Part shown: piece by piece, positions 18,570 to 29,478 of the stretch
Layout of the letters: every line of letters begins with the position of its first letter
How positions within the stretch are numbered: the stretch's first letter is position 1
Assembly: GCA_965368975.1 (NCBI GenBank)
Contig: CBDUPA010000014.1
Coordinates: 32,001-96,000 of the forward strand
Source of the DNA: an uncultured bacterium
GTDB lineage: Bacteria > Acidobacteriota > Thermoanaerobaculia > Multivoradales > JAHZIX01
Direction of reading: 5' to 3'
DNA length: 64,000 nt
The notes under the pieces: model-generated
Told to the model about the DNA's origin: nothing
Seen by the model: only the letters and a program-made list of their open reading frames with translations
Databases searched by the model: none
Program-made: the position numbers and the translations under genes

Positions 18570-20372
18570 ATGTCCTTACTCTCCTTCACACTCCTGAGCC
18601 TCGCACTCGTCTCACCGGCATCGTTCCTGCCGGCGCCGACCGAGCCAGCGCCAACTGGGCCAGCACCGCCTGAGCCGATCCAGGTGCAGGATACCGCAGC
18701 TGACCAGGTGCGTGCTTGCCGTGGGCTACGTTTCGTCGATGTCACCGCCGCGGCTGGCCTCGACTTCCGGCACGCGGCCGGCACGACACCCGAGCGCCAC
18801 CTGCCCGAAACGATGGGTGCGGGCGTCGCCTGGCTGGACTTCGACGGCGACGGCCGCTGGGATCTCTACGCCGTGCAGTCGGACCGCCGGCCTCCTCCCG
18901 TGGGTGGCGGTCACGATCGGCTGTACCGCAACCTGGGCGCGGGCCGCTTCGAGGACGTCAGCGAGCGCGTCGGGCTGCCACGCGCCTTGCAGGGGGCCGC
19001 CTACGGTATGGGCGTCACCGCCGCCGACGTCAACGGCGACGGCCACAGCGACCTCTACCTGAGCAACTACGGTCCCGACCGCCTGCTGCTCGCTCGGGAT
19101 ACCGGTGACGCGGGCATCACCTTCGTCGACGCCACCGCCGACGCCGGCCTGCTGGCGGCGGACGGCTGGAGTTCCACCGCCGTCTTGGCCGACGCCGATG
19201 GCGATCGTGATCTGGACCTCTACGTGGTGCGCTACGTCGACTACCGTCCCGATCACGGCCTCTTTTGCGGCGATCCGGACGCCGTTGGGCCCGAGGCCGG
19301 GGGACGCCGGGGCCGGCGCGACTACTGTCACCCAGAGCTGTTCCAGGGCACGCCGGATCTCTTCTACCGCAGCGCCGATGACGGCACCTTCGAGCCAGTG
19401 ACGGCGGCGGCGGGCCTCGGGAGTTTCGCCTACCGCGGCCTGGGAGCCATCTTCCAGGACCTCGACGGCGACGGGCACATCGATCTCTACGTCGCCAATG
19501 ATCTGGATCTCAACCTGCTCTACCAAGGGCGTGGCGACGGCAGTTTCGAGGAAGTCTCGCTGCTCTCCGGCACGGCCGTCAACGCCGCTGGCGAAGCCGA
19601 GGCAGGCATGGGCGTCGCGACCGGGGACGTCGACGGGGACGGTCGCCCCGACCTGATGGTCACGCACTTCGACGTCGAGACCAACACCCTCTACCGCAAC
19701 CTCGGCCTGCTGCAGTTCGAGGACGCCTCGGCAACCAGCGGCTTCGGCGTGCCGTCGTTCAACCAGCTCGGCTTCGGCATCGCCGTCGACGACTTCGACT
19801 TCGACGGCGACCTCGACGTCTACGTCGCCAACGGTCACATCCTCGAGGATCCACCACGCGGCGGCGTTGAGCATGCGCAGCCGGACTTGCTGCTGGCCGG
19901 CGACGAACGCGGTCCCTTCACCGCCTGTCCGAGCCCGGACGAGACCGCCGGCTTGGCGCCACTGGTCGGTCGAGGTCTGGCCATAGCCGACTTCGACGAC
20001 GATGGCGACGGCGACCTGGTGCTCAGCAGCAACGGTGGTCCGCTGCGCCTGCTGCGCAACGAGGCGAACCCACCAGCCGAGCGCTGGCTCGGCGTCGAGT
20101 TGCACGGCCCCGCCCCCAACACCGCCGCGATCGGCGCGCGTGTCGTGCTACGGCTGCGCAGGGGCACGCAGACCGCCCTGCGCAGCCGCTGGATCACCGC
20201 CGGTGACAGCTACCAGAGCTGTAGCTCGACGCGCCGCCGCTTCGGCTGGCCGGCTGGCTGGCAGCCGGTCGAGATCGAAGTCACCTGGCCGACCGTGACT
20301 GGACAGCGCGCGGCGCGCATCACGCGCGTGCCGGTCGAGCAGACGGGTCGCTACCTGAGCCTGGAGCCGTGA
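18570..20372 (+). CDS. CRTAC1-family protein (FG-GAP/VCBS repeats + ASPIC/UnbV)
   Basis: PETMGAGVAWLDFDGDG, multiple DxDGDGxxD repeats, NTAAIGARV C-terminal domain, signal-like N-terminus. Confidence 0.9.
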   Translation: MSLLSFTLLSLALVSPASFLPAPTEPAPTGPAPPEPIQVQDTAADQVRACRGLRFVDVTAAAGLDFRHAAGTTPERHLPETMGAGVAWLDFDGDGRWDLYAVQSDRRPPPVGGGHDRLYRNLGAGRFEDVSERVGLPRALQGAAYGMGVTAADVNGDGHSDLYLSNYGPDRLLLARDTGDAGITFVDATADAGLLAADGWSSTAVLADADGDRDLDLYVVRYVDYRPDHGLFCGDPDAVGPEAGGRRGRRDYCHPELFQGTPDLFYRSADDGTFEPVTAAAGLGSFAYRGLGAIFQDLDGDGHIDLYVANDLDLNLLYQGRGDGSFEEVSLLSGTAVNAAGEAEAGMGVATGDVDGDGRPDLMVTHFDVETNTLYRNLGLLQFEDASATSGFGVPSFNQLGFGIAVDDFDFDGDLDVYVANGHILEDPPRGGVEHAQPDLLLAGDERGPFTACPSPDETAGLAPLVGRGLAIADFDDDGDGDLVLSSNGGPLRLLRNEANPPAERWLGVELHGPAPNTAAIGARVVLRLRRGTQTALRSRWITAGDSYQSCSSTRRRFGWPAGWQPVEIEVTWPTVTGQRAARITRVPVEQTGRYLSLEP

Positions 20373-23300
20373 TGGCCCGTCGCGCCTGGGCATCGAGCCT
20401 GGCCTTCGTCCTGGTCTTCCTGCTCGGCTGGATACCGCCAGCCGCCGCGCTCGATCCGGCCAAGGAGCTGTCGCAATACAGCCACACCTTGTGGCGTAGT
20501 GGTACCGGCCTACCCCAGGACACCGTGCGCTCGATCGCACAGACGCCGGACGGCTACTTGTGGATCGGCACGCGCGCCGGCCTGGCGCGCTTCGACGGCC
20601 TACGCATGGAAGTGTTCGACAGTCGCAACACCCCCGAACTGGCCAACCACAATATCTACGCCCTCGAAGTGATGCCCGATGGCAGCCTGTGGATCGGCAC
20701 CAACGGTGGCGGCCTGGTGCACCGCTCGGCCGACGGCAGCACCTGGTCGCGGATCTCCGAGGCACAGGGCCTGCCGAGCGGTCGCATCACCGCCCTCGAG
20801 CCAGACGGCGAAGGTGGCCTGTGGATCGGCACCTACGGTGGCGGCGTCGCGCGCCGGCACGCGGACGGACAGATCGAGACCTTCGATCCCGAGCAGGGTA
20901 TCGCCGGCACCGTCATCTTCACCCTCGCCACCGACGCTCGCGGACGGCTGTGGGTCGGCACCTACGGCGACGGCGCCAGCATCTGGGAAGACGGCAGCTT
21001 CCACGTCTACCAAGGCCCCCTGCCGGCCACCGGCGTCTGGGAGGTCATGGCGGCGCGCGACGGCAGCCTGTGGATTGGCACCAACAACGGCCTGGTGCAT
21101 GTCGTCGACGACCGCACGCGTGTCTTCACCGAAGCCGATGGCCTCACGCACCCGCGCGTCATCTCGCTGCTCGAGGACCGCGATGGCAATATCTGGATCG
21201 GCACGTACGGCGGCGGACTGCACCGCTACGCCGGTGGCCGGATCGTGGCGTTCCGACCCGAGCACGCCGAAGCCCGCGACGCCGTCTGGGACATTCTGGA
21301 AGACCGGGAAGGTGGCCTGTGGGCCGGCACACTGGGCCGCGGCCTGCACCTCTACCGCGACGGCGCCATCACCACCTACGGCCAGGAGAGCGGCCTGGAG
21401 TCCGAGATGGTGATCTCGGTGCACGAGGGCCCGGACGGCGAGTTCTACGCCGGCACGCGCGACCGCGGCTTGTTCCGCCACGACGGAGAGCGCTTCGTGC
21501 GCGTGGCGGGGATCGATGAGCAGGCCGCCGTCTGGGACATCACGTCGAGCCGCGACGGCAGCCTGTGGACCGCCACCCACCGCGGCCTGCGCCGGCGCGC
21601 GCCGCCCTCCAGTTCGCACCGCGACCGCTGGCGCAGCTTCACCACCGCTGAGGGTCTCGCCTACGACATCGTCTTCGCCTTGCTCGAAGACCGCGAAGGA
21701 ACAATGTGGATTGGCACCAACGACGGGCTGGACCGGTACCGTGACGGCGATCCGACGGACGGCGATCCATTCGAACACTTCAGCGTCGAGGACGGTTTGC
21801 CGAGCAACCAGATCCGAGTGCTGCACCAAGGCCGCGACGGCACCCTGTGGGTCGGCACCACGGGCGGCTTGGCGCGCTTCGAGAACGGCGCATTCACGCG
21901 CAGCTTACGGACGGCAGACTCGCCGGCACCGGCACCGGGATCGGGCCCGGAACGGGAATTGCCGAGCGGCAACATCTGGGCCCTGCACGAAGCCACGGAC
22001 GGCAGCCTGTGGATCGCCACCCACGGCACCGGCCTGTTGCGGCTGCGCGAGGGAGCCATCAGCGTCATCGACCACCGTCACGGCCTGCCCGACAATGATC
22101 TGGAATGGGTGCTCGAAGACGACGAGGGCGCGCTCTGGCTGGGCAGCAGCATCGGCATCATCAAGCTGCCGCGCGACAACGTCGAGGCGGTCGCCGACGG
22201 CCGTAGCGCCAGCCTGCGCTACGTCGCGTTCGGACGCCGCGACGGCCTGCGCAGCGGCGAGTGCTACGGTGGCGCCCCGTCCGCCATGCGGGCGCGTGAC
22301 GGCCGGCTGTGGTTCGGTACCCGCGAGGGCCTGGCGACGCTCGATCCTGCGCGCGTCGAGAGTCCGCCGGCACCGCCGGTCCAGATCGAACACCTGCTCG
22401 TCGATGGCCGCAAGCTGCGTCCCGCACCCGGCCTCCGGCTGCCGCACTCGCGCAGCCTCACCGTGCGCTTCGCCGCCCTCACCCTGAACGCGCCGGAGAA
22501 GGTGCAGTGCCAGATCCGCTTGCGCAATTGGGACGACACCTGGCACCTGATCGGCGACCGACGCGAGATGCGCTACACCAATCTCGACCATGGCACCTAC
22601 ACCTTCGAGGTCATGGCCAGCGACCGCAACGGCAACTGGACACAGGACGCCGAGCGCCTGAGCTTCACCATCGAGCCGCGCTTCTACGAGACCAACCTCT
22701 TCTTCCTCCTCTGCGGCCTCGGCGCCCTGGCTCTCGGCTTCGGCCTGCAACAGTTCCGCGTGCTGCACCTGCGCGAGCGCGAACGCGAGCTGGAGCGCCG
22801 CGTCGACGAGCGCACCGAAGCCGTGCACCAGGCCAACCGCGAACTGCGGGCGTTCACCCACACCGTCTCCCACGACCTGCGCTCACCGCTGGTCAACCTG
22901 CGTGGCTTTTCCGAAGAGCTCGGCATGGCCTGCACCACGGTCAGCGAATCCCTGCGACGCGTACTGCCCATGCTGCCTCAGGAGGAAGCGCTGCAACTGC
23001 GCGAGGCCGTGGAGAGCGACATGCCAGAGTCGCTCGAGTTCATCAGCTCAGCGATCAACCGCATGGACCGGCTGATCGAGAAGCTGCTCGAACTGTCGCG
23101 CGCTGGCGCCCGTGAACTGACACCTGAGCACGTCGATGTCGAGGCGCTGGTGCGTGAGATCTTGAAGAGTCAGGACTTCCAGTTGCAGCAGAAGGACGCC
23201 CGCGCCGAGGTCCTGTCGCTGCCGCCGATCACCGCCGACCGCATCGCGCTCGAACAGATCTTCGGCAACCTGCTGGCCAACGCCGTCAACTACCTGTCGC

Positions 23301-23581
23301 CGCAGCGGCCCGGGCACCTGCTGATCAGTGCCGACAGTCACGCCGACACCGTCACCTACCACGTACTCGACAACGGCCGCGGCATCCGCGGCGACCTGCT
23401 GCCACACATCTTCCTGCCCTTCCGCCGCGGACACGGCGCGGAGATCGCCGGTGAGGGCATGGGCCTGGCCTTCGTGCAGGCGCTGGTCCGGCGTCACGGC
23501 GGCGAGGTCAGCTGCGAGTCCGTCGAGGGTGAGGGCACCGTCTTCCACGTCACCCTGCCCAAGGCCGTGGCCACCAGTTGA
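20369..23581 (+). CDS. Sensor histidine kinase with periplasmic beta-propeller (Reg_prop) and Y_Y_Y domains, copy 1
   Basis: Many LWIGT repeats, YTNLDHGTYTFEV, TM, H-box HTVSHDLRSPL, NLLANAVNY, DNGRG, GEGMGL. Confidence 0.95.
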   Translation: MMARRAWASSLAFVLVFLLGWIPPAAALDPAKELSQYSHTLWRSGTGLPQDTVRSIAQTPDGYLWIGTRAGLARFDGLRMEVFDSRNTPELANHNIYALEVMPDGSLWIGTNGGGLVHRSADGSTWSRISEAQGLPSGRITALEPDGEGGLWIGTYGGGVARRHADGQIETFDPEQGIAGTVIFTLATDARGRLWVGTYGDGASIWEDGSFHVYQGPLPATGVWEVMAARDGSLWIGTNNGLVHVVDDRTRVFTEADGLTHPRVISLLEDRDGNIWIGTYGGGLHRYAGGRIVAFRPEHAEARDAVWDILEDREGGLWAGTLGRGLHLYRDGAITTYGQESGLESEMVISVHEGPDGEFYAGTRDRGLFRHDGERFVRVAGIDEQAAVWDITSSRDGSLWTATHRGLRRRAPPSSSHRDRWRSFTTAEGLAYDIVFALLEDREGTMWIGTNDGLDRYRDGDPTDGDPFEHFSVEDGLPSNQIRVLHQGRDGTLWVGTTGGLARFENGAFTRSLRTADSPAPAPGSGPERELPSGNIWALHEATDGSLWIATHGTGLLRLREGAISVIDHRHGLPDNDLEWVLEDDEGALWLGSSIGIIKLPRDNVEAVADGRSASLRYVAFGRRDGLRSGECYGGAPSAMRARDGRLWFGTREGLATLDPARVESPPAPPVQIEHLLVDGRKLRPAPGLRLPHSRSLTVRFAALTLNAPEKVQCQIRLRNWDDTWHLIGDRREMRYTNLDHGTYTFEVMASDRNGNWTQDAERLSFTIEPRFYETNLFFLLCGLGALALGFGLQQFRVLHLRERERELERRVDERTEAVHQANRELRAFTHTVSHDLRSPLVNLRGFSEELGMACTTVSESLRRVLPMLPQEEALQLREAVESDMPESLEFISSAINRMDRLIEKLLELSRAGARELTPEHVDVEALVREILKSQDFQLQQKDARAEVLSLPPITADRIALEQIFGNLLANAVNYLSPQRPGHLLISADSHADTVTYHVLDNGRGIRGDLLPHIFLPFRRGHGAEIAGEGMGLAFVQALVRRHGGEVSCESVEGEGTVFHVTLPKAVATS

Positions 23582-23661
23582 GATACGACTACCACAGTTT
23601 TGGAGCTGGCAACCAGCTACTTGATCATGAGTTCCAGCGAGTGGTATGTTGTTGTTAGACC

Positions 23662-26600
23662 ATGCCCCGTGCTCCCGCCCCTGACCGCCGACGAACCACC
23701 CTTCGGATACCGGCTGGCCTTCATCTGCTGAACGGCGTGCGTCAAGTGAGCTGCGCGCTACTCGTGCTGCTTCTTGCTGGCCCGGCCGCGGCGCTCGATC
23801 CTGGCAAGACCCTGTACCAGTACAGTCACAGCCAGTGGCGAACCGAGGACGGCCTGCCGCAGGACACTGTACGCGCCATCGCCCAGACCCCGGAAGGCTA
23901 TCTGTGGATCGGCACCCGCGCCGGCCTGGCGCGCTTCGACGGCCTGCGCATGGAAGTCTTCGACAGCCGCAACACACCCGAGCTGGAGAACCAGAACATC
24001 CACTCGTTGTGGGCCAACAGCGATGGCGGGCTGTGGGTCGGCACCAACGGTGGTGGACTGGTCTACCGCGCCCCCGATGGCCGCTGGCAGCGCGCCGAGA
24101 TCAACGACCGGCTAGCCAGCGGCCGCATCATCACACTCGAGACCGATGGTGCCGGCGGGCTGTGGATCGGCACCTACGGCGGGGGACTGGCGCACCGGCA
24201 CGCCGACGGCCGGCTCGATCTCTTCGGTGCCGCCGAAGGTCTCAGCGGCAACGTCGTCACCGGTCTGGCCCTGGACGCACAGGGACGCTTGTGGGCGGGC
24301 ACCTATGGCGGCGGCCTCAGTATCCTGGAAGATGGCCGCTTCCGGCCCTACACTGGCCCGTTGCCCGATCCCGGCGTCTGGACCCTGCTACGACGGCGCG
24401 ACGGTAGCCTGTGGATTGGCACCAACAGCGGCCTGCTGCACATCGACGGTGAGCGCACACGCGTCCTGACCCGCGCCGATGGACTCGGTCACAACCGTGT
24501 GCTCTCGCTGCGCGAAGACCGCGACGACAACCTGTGGATCGGCACCTACGGCGGCGGTCTGCACCGTCTCACCGACGGTCACATCGAACGTTTCGGCCCC
24601 GAGCACCCCAACGCGCGCGACGCCATCTGGACCCTGCTCGAAGACCGCGAAGGCGGGCTGTGGATCGGCACACTCGGCCGCGGCCTCTACCACCTGCGCG
24701 ACGGCTCCGTCACCACCTTCGGACGCGAGGCGGGGCTGGAGTCCGAACTGCTGATCTCCGTCTTCGCCAGCGCCGATGGGCACCTCTACGCCGGCAGTCG
24801 CGACCGTGGCCTGTTCGTCCTCGCGGACCACGAGCCACCACGCCGCTTCACCCGCATCGAAGGCATCCGGAATACCGACGCCGTCTGGAGCCTCGAAGAG
24901 GGGAGCGACGGTAGCTTGTGGGTGGGCACGCACGCGGGCTTGCGCCGACGCACCCCGGACGGACGCTGGCGCACCTACACCACCGCCGATGGCCTGCCCG
25001 GCAACATCGTCATCCTGCTGCGTCGTACCCGCGACGGCAGTCTTTGGATCGGCACCAACGACGGGCTCGGTCACATGCACGAGACCGCCGATGGCGTGCG
25101 CTTCGAGACCTTCACCCGCGCCGACGGTCTGGCGGGCAACCAGATTCGCGCGCTCCACGAGAGTCGAGACGGCACCCTGTGGATCGGCACCCTCAACGGC
25201 CTCAGCGCCTACCGTGACGGTCAGTTCCAAGACGACAGCGCCTTCCGCGGCGCCGGCAACAACATCTGGGCACTGCACGAAGCCGACGACGGCGGTCTCT
25301 GGATCGCCGCCCACGGTACGGGTCTAGTGCGCCTGCATCGCGGCACGTTGACCGTCCTCGATCAGCGTCATGGCCTGCCCGATCCAGACCTCGAGTGGAT
25401 CCTCTCCGACAGCACCGGCGCCCTGTGGCTGGGCAGCGGCACCGGCATCTTCCGGCTAGGCTACGAGGACGCGCTGGCGGTGGTCGAGGGCAGGGCCTCG
25501 CACCTGCGCAGCGTTTCCTTCGGCCGGCGCGACGGCATGCGCAGCGGCGAGTGCGCCGGCGGCTCGCGGTCGGCCAGTCGCACCGTCGATGGCCGCCTGT
25601 GGTTCGCCACGCGCGAAGGTCTCTCCACCCTCGACCCGGCACGCATCGCAAGTCCACCAGCACCGCCGTTGCACATCGAGCACCTGGAAGTCGACGGTCG
25701 ACGGCTGCGGCCACGTCCGGGGTCGAACGACGCTCTGCACCTGCCCGCTGGCACCCGCTCGGTCACCCTGCGCTTCGCCACGCTCACCCTCGTGACGCCC
25801 GAAAAGGTGCAAGCCCGCCTGCGCCTGCGCAACTGGGATGAGACGTGGCACCACATCGGCGACCAGCGTGAAGTGCGCTACACCAACCTGGACTACGGCA
25901 GCTACACCTTCGAAGTCATGGCCAGCGACCGCAACGGCAACTGGAGCGACGTAACGGCCAAGCTCACCTTCACCATCGCACCCCACGTCTACGAGACGCG
26001 CGCCTTCTTCCTGCTCTGTGGCCTCGCGATTCTAGCCCTCGGCTTCGGCCTACAGCAGTTCCGCGTCCGCCAGCTGCGCCTGCGCGAACGCGAGTTGGCG
26101 CGCCGCGTCGAAGAACGCACCGCTGCCGTGCGCCAGGCGAACGAAGAACTACGCGCCTTCACCCACACCGTCTCGCACGACCTACGTTCCCCGCTGGTCA
26201 ACCTGCGCGGCTTCTCCGAGGAGCTCCGCTTCGCCAGTGACGAGATCCGGACGACGCTGCACGCAGTCCTGCCACAACTGGACGCCGACCAGGCTCGGCA
26301 ACTCCGCGAAGCCCTCGACGACATGCCCGAGTCGCTCACCTTCATCGGCTCCGCCATCGAGCGCATGGACCGGCTGATCAGCAAACTCTCGGAACTGTCG
26401 CGCGCCGGCGCCCGGCTGCTGACCCCGGAACCGCTCGATGTCGAGGCGCTCGTGCGCAAGCTGCTCGACAGCCAGGAATTCCAGTTGCAGCAGAAGCGCG
26501 TCGAAGTCGAGGTCGGCCCCCTCCCCGCCGTCACCGCCGACCGCGTCGCCGTCGAGCAGATCTTCGGCAACCTGCTGTCCAACGCCGTCAACTACCTCGA

Positions 26601-26883
26601 CCCGGACCGCCCTGGTCGCCTGTCGATCCGCGGCGACAGCGTCGACGACCACGTCGTCTACCACGTGGAGGACAACGGCGTCGGCATGCCTCCCGAGCTG
26701 CTACCCAAGATCTTTCTGCCCTTCCTGCGCGGTCAGGGCGACGACATCCCCGGCGAAGGCATGGGCCTGGCGTTCGTGCAAGCTCTCGTGCGCCGCCACG
26801 GCGGACAGATCCGCTGTGACTCCGTCGAGGGGGAGGGCTCAGTCTTCCACGTCACCCTGCCCCGAGTCACCGCCGCTACCTGA
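23662..26883 (+). CDS. Sensor histidine kinase with beta-propeller and Y_Y_Y domains, copy 2
   Basis: Same architecture and long near-identical segments shared with copy 1. Confidence 0.95.
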   Translation: MPRAPAPDRRRTTLRIPAGLHLLNGVRQVSCALLVLLLAGPAAALDPGKTLYQYSHSQWRTEDGLPQDTVRAIAQTPEGYLWIGTRAGLARFDGLRMEVFDSRNTPELENQNIHSLWANSDGGLWVGTNGGGLVYRAPDGRWQRAEINDRLASGRIITLETDGAGGLWIGTYGGGLAHRHADGRLDLFGAAEGLSGNVVTGLALDAQGRLWAGTYGGGLSILEDGRFRPYTGPLPDPGVWTLLRRRDGSLWIGTNSGLLHIDGERTRVLTRADGLGHNRVLSLREDRDDNLWIGTYGGGLHRLTDGHIERFGPEHPNARDAIWTLLEDREGGLWIGTLGRGLYHLRDGSVTTFGREAGLESELLISVFASADGHLYAGSRDRGLFVLADHEPPRRFTRIEGIRNTDAVWSLEEGSDGSLWVGTHAGLRRRTPDGRWRTYTTADGLPGNIVILLRRTRDGSLWIGTNDGLGHMHETADGVRFETFTRADGLAGNQIRALHESRDGTLWIGTLNGLSAYRDGQFQDDSAFRGAGNNIWALHEADDGGLWIAAHGTGLVRLHRGTLTVLDQRHGLPDPDLEWILSDSTGALWLGSGTGIFRLGYEDALAVVEGRASHLRSVSFGRRDGMRSGECAGGSRSASRTVDGRLWFATREGLSTLDPARIASPPAPPLHIEHLEVDGRRLRPRPGSNDALHLPAGTRSVTLRFATLTLVTPEKVQARLRLRNWDETWHHIGDQREVRYTNLDYGSYTFEVMASDRNGNWSDVTAKLTFTIAPHVYETRAFFLLCGLAILALGFGLQQFRVRQLRLRERELARRVEERTAAVRQANEELRAFTHTVSHDLRSPLVNLRGFSEELRFASDEIRTTLHAVLPQLDADQARQLREALDDMPESLTFIGSAIERMDRLISKLSELSRAGARLLTPEPLDVEALVRKLLDSQEFQLQQKRVEVEVGPLPAVTADRVAVEQIFGNLLSNAVNYLDPDRPGRLSIRGDSVDDHVVYHVEDNGVGMPPELLPKIFLPFLRGQGDDIPGEGMGLAFVQALVRRHGGQIRCDSVEGEGSVFHVTLPRVTAAT

Positions 26884-27078
26884 CACGGTGTTCGGCGCGC
26901 GGGCCGCTCTGTCGAAGGCGCTTCAGGGTGCGCCAGGAGCCTGGTGCCGGAAACCTGAACTGCCGTCGGCGTCAAGGTGATCTCGGGAGCCGGTGCGCCG
27001 CTTTGGGCGAGGAGGAAGAGGGATAAGGAGGAAAGTGCTCATCTGGAGATGGTTGAGGCGTGAGAGTCGTCGAAGTGC

Positions 27079-28317
27079 TCAATCCGCAACACCCCTGCCG
27101 TGGACTACCGTGTCCGGTCGATATTTGTGCCAGGCAAACCATAGCGAGTAGGTCGAAATCAACTCACGCAGTTGCTCGCCTTCGAGCGGACCTGCTAAGG
27201 CCCGGCCACTGATGGCGTCCCACGTAGTGCCGGTTTGGGTGTCTTTGAGTCGATCGCCGTCCAACACTTCGAAAGAGAGCACCCGTTCCTGGACCCGACG
27301 ATCGTAGATCCGCCCCGTCGCGAGGTCCTCAGCCAGGAAGACGACAACGGGCGCTTGCTCCAGGTCGTCGTGCACGAGCCGGCCTGCTCCGGCAAGTCGC
27401 CGTACGAGGTAGGCGCGCGCCTCAACGTGACCCTCTACACCGAGTACCAGATCGGTGTTCTGCACCGGCCCGGGCTCGACAGTTGCTAAACCTGCAAGGG
27501 CATCACCCGTGAAGCGAGCGCTGTAGGGGGTCGAAGTCTTGATGTATACCGTTGTGTCCGGGTGCAGGTCACGCCAAGAGCCCCACGTAGTCATCGTGGA
27601 CGGCAGCTTCTCGAGGCGCTGGCCTTTCTTCTCTCCCGAGACCGCCTCGCCGAACAACTGATTCCATAGCGATTGGCTCTCAGCATCGTAGAGGATGAGC
27701 GTGCCATGATCGAGTCCAGAGACGCCGAAGTTCAGGGTGTTTCCTTCAATCGTGCGAGCGTAGACCACGCCGCTATGATCGATCGGTCACCAGGTGGAGG
27801 CGATCGGTTCGCCTGCCAGCGTGTCGTTGACGACCTCGTTCAGCGGCCCGTTCATGTAGTTCACCGGATACGCTCGAGCCTCGCCCCCGAGAACGATACC
27901 CATCACCAGATCCTCATCGCCCAGATCCGTGTCGTCGGCTGAAACGATCTCGGGATCTATGTTCAGCGGAAATCCACCTTCGCGGTGGCCGCTCGTTTCT
28001 GACAGGTCGCGAGGGCCCCCATAGGGCCGTGCCGCACTCTGTTCTTGGTGCGCCCAGAACTCGGCGCGCACGATCAGTCCGTCACGGTCCGCATCGAGGC
28101 TTTCACGCAACTCGTCTGCAAGACCGAGCTCATCAGCTGACACTCTTGCCTCCGCGTCGGCCTCGAACGCTTCGGCCAACACCGCCATACTGTCCCAGTA
28201 CCCCAAGGTGCGTGAACCAGCGCGGTGAGTGCACGCTGAACACAAGATTCCCAGGGTAGCTATTGCAATCATGAGTGTTCGGAACTGCACCAAGCAACGG
28301 CAGAATGTGAGTCGCAA
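27079..28317 (-). CDS. DUF3179-family selenoprotein (in-frame UGA at 27787-27789)
   Basis: The two track ORFs are in one frame: ARAYP..EVVND..IASTW-UGA-PIDHSGVVYAR..FGVSG..LYDAESQSLWNQ..WFAW. The UGA occupies the first Cys of the family CPxC site. N-terminal start uncertain. Confidence 0.85.
27754..27773 (-). promoter_or_regulatory. Candidate bacterial SECIS element
   Basis: GCG-GCGU-[GGUCU]-ACGC-U-CGC hairpin, apical loop starting 21 nt after the UGA. Confidence 0.7.
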
Positions 28318-28461
28318 TTCATCCTCCGATAAGGAACAATCTGTTTAACATATTAAGAATACCTCGCTCGGGAGGATATCGTCAAATTGCTACAGAGGCC
28401 AGGTCGGCCCCGCCCTCCCCTCCCCGGTCACCAGATCTCGACATCTGGGACGTGGTACTGC

Positions 28462-29457
28462 TCAACCGTGGGCAAACAACCACACCATGTAGCCAACGTA
28501 GCCGAGCAGCAGCAGGGCTCCTTCCCAACGATGCAGCACCCTACGCCGCCCCATCAGGAGCAGGGGAACGAGAACAACGGCGAACAGGATCATCACCGAC
28601 AGGTCGGGCACCAGCTCGATCCAGGTGACTTCGATCGGCCGTACCAGGACCGTCAGGCCGAGGATCAGCAGGATGTTGAAGATGTTGGAGCCGATGACGT
28701 TGCCCAGGATGAGGTCGCCCTGGCGGCGCAGGGTGGCGACCAGGCAGCCCGCGAGTTCGGGCAGGCTGGTGCCAAGGGCCACCAGGCTGATGCCGATCAC
28801 GCGATCACTGACACCGAAGGTACGGGCGATGTCGACAGCACCGCGTACCAGGGCTTCGGCACCCAGCACGAGCAAAGCGATGCCAGCGACGACGCGCAGA
28901 ACGGAGGGCCAGCGCGAGGGCTTGGCGGACTCCGACGCGGTGACCGGGAAAGCCTCGGCATCGGCGGTCTCCGCTGCGACCAGTTCCTCGAACTGCTCCT
29001 CGACGACCCGTGAGTCGCCGTCGCGCAGGAGCACGACGAGGTAGACGGTCATCAGAGTGAGCAGCAGAAGGCTGTCGATCAGGGAGAAGCCGCCACCGTA
29101 GTAGGCCATCGGCGCGATCAGGAAGCTGATGACGATGAGGAAAGGGATCTCGCGATTGACGAAGCGGCTTTCAGCCACGAGGGGTGCGAGTACCGCCGAG
29201 ATGCCGAGGATGAGCCCGATGTTGGCGACGTTGGACCCCAGGACGTTGCCCAGTGCCAGCTGCGGCGCTCCTTCGAGGGTGGCCACCAGAGTGGCGGCGA
29301 TCTCGGGGCTGGAAGTACCGAAGGCCACGACGGTGAGACCAATCACCAGCGGCTTCATGCCCAAGAGCTGCGCCAAACGGGTGGCACCGTCGACCAGCAG
29401 CTCGCCACCGTAGTAGAGCAGAGCGATTCCTACGGCAAGGAAGACAAAGGGCAACAT
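28462..29457 (-). CDS. Calcium/sodium antiporter (YrbG/CaCA family)
   Basis: Two alpha repeats: GTSSPE..GNVLGSN and GTSLPE..GNVIGSN. Confidence 0.95.
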   Translation of the reverse strand: MLPFVFLAVGIALLYYGGELLVDGATRLAQLLGMKPLVIGLTVVAFGTSSPEIAATLVATLEGAPQLALGNVLGSNVANIGLILGISAVLAPLVAESRFVNREIPFLIVISFLIAPMAYYGGGFSLIDSLLLLTLMTVYLVVLLRDGDSRVVEEQFEELVAAETADAEAFPVTASESAKPSRWPSVLRVVAGIALLVLGAEALVRGAVDIARTFGVSDRVIGISLVALGTSLPELAGCLVATLRRQGDLILGNVIGSNIFNILLILGLTVLVRPIEVTWIELVPDLSVMILFAVVLVPLLLMGRRRVLHRWEGALLLLGYVGYMVWLFAHG

Positions 29458-29478
29458 GAGCGGGTCGATGCAGAGCTT

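Noticed and set aside
20369-26883. Repeated TGGATCGGCACC motifs as a CRISPR or DNA repeat array
   Set aside because: They encode the WIGT blades of the beta-propeller and are irregularly spaced within CDSs.
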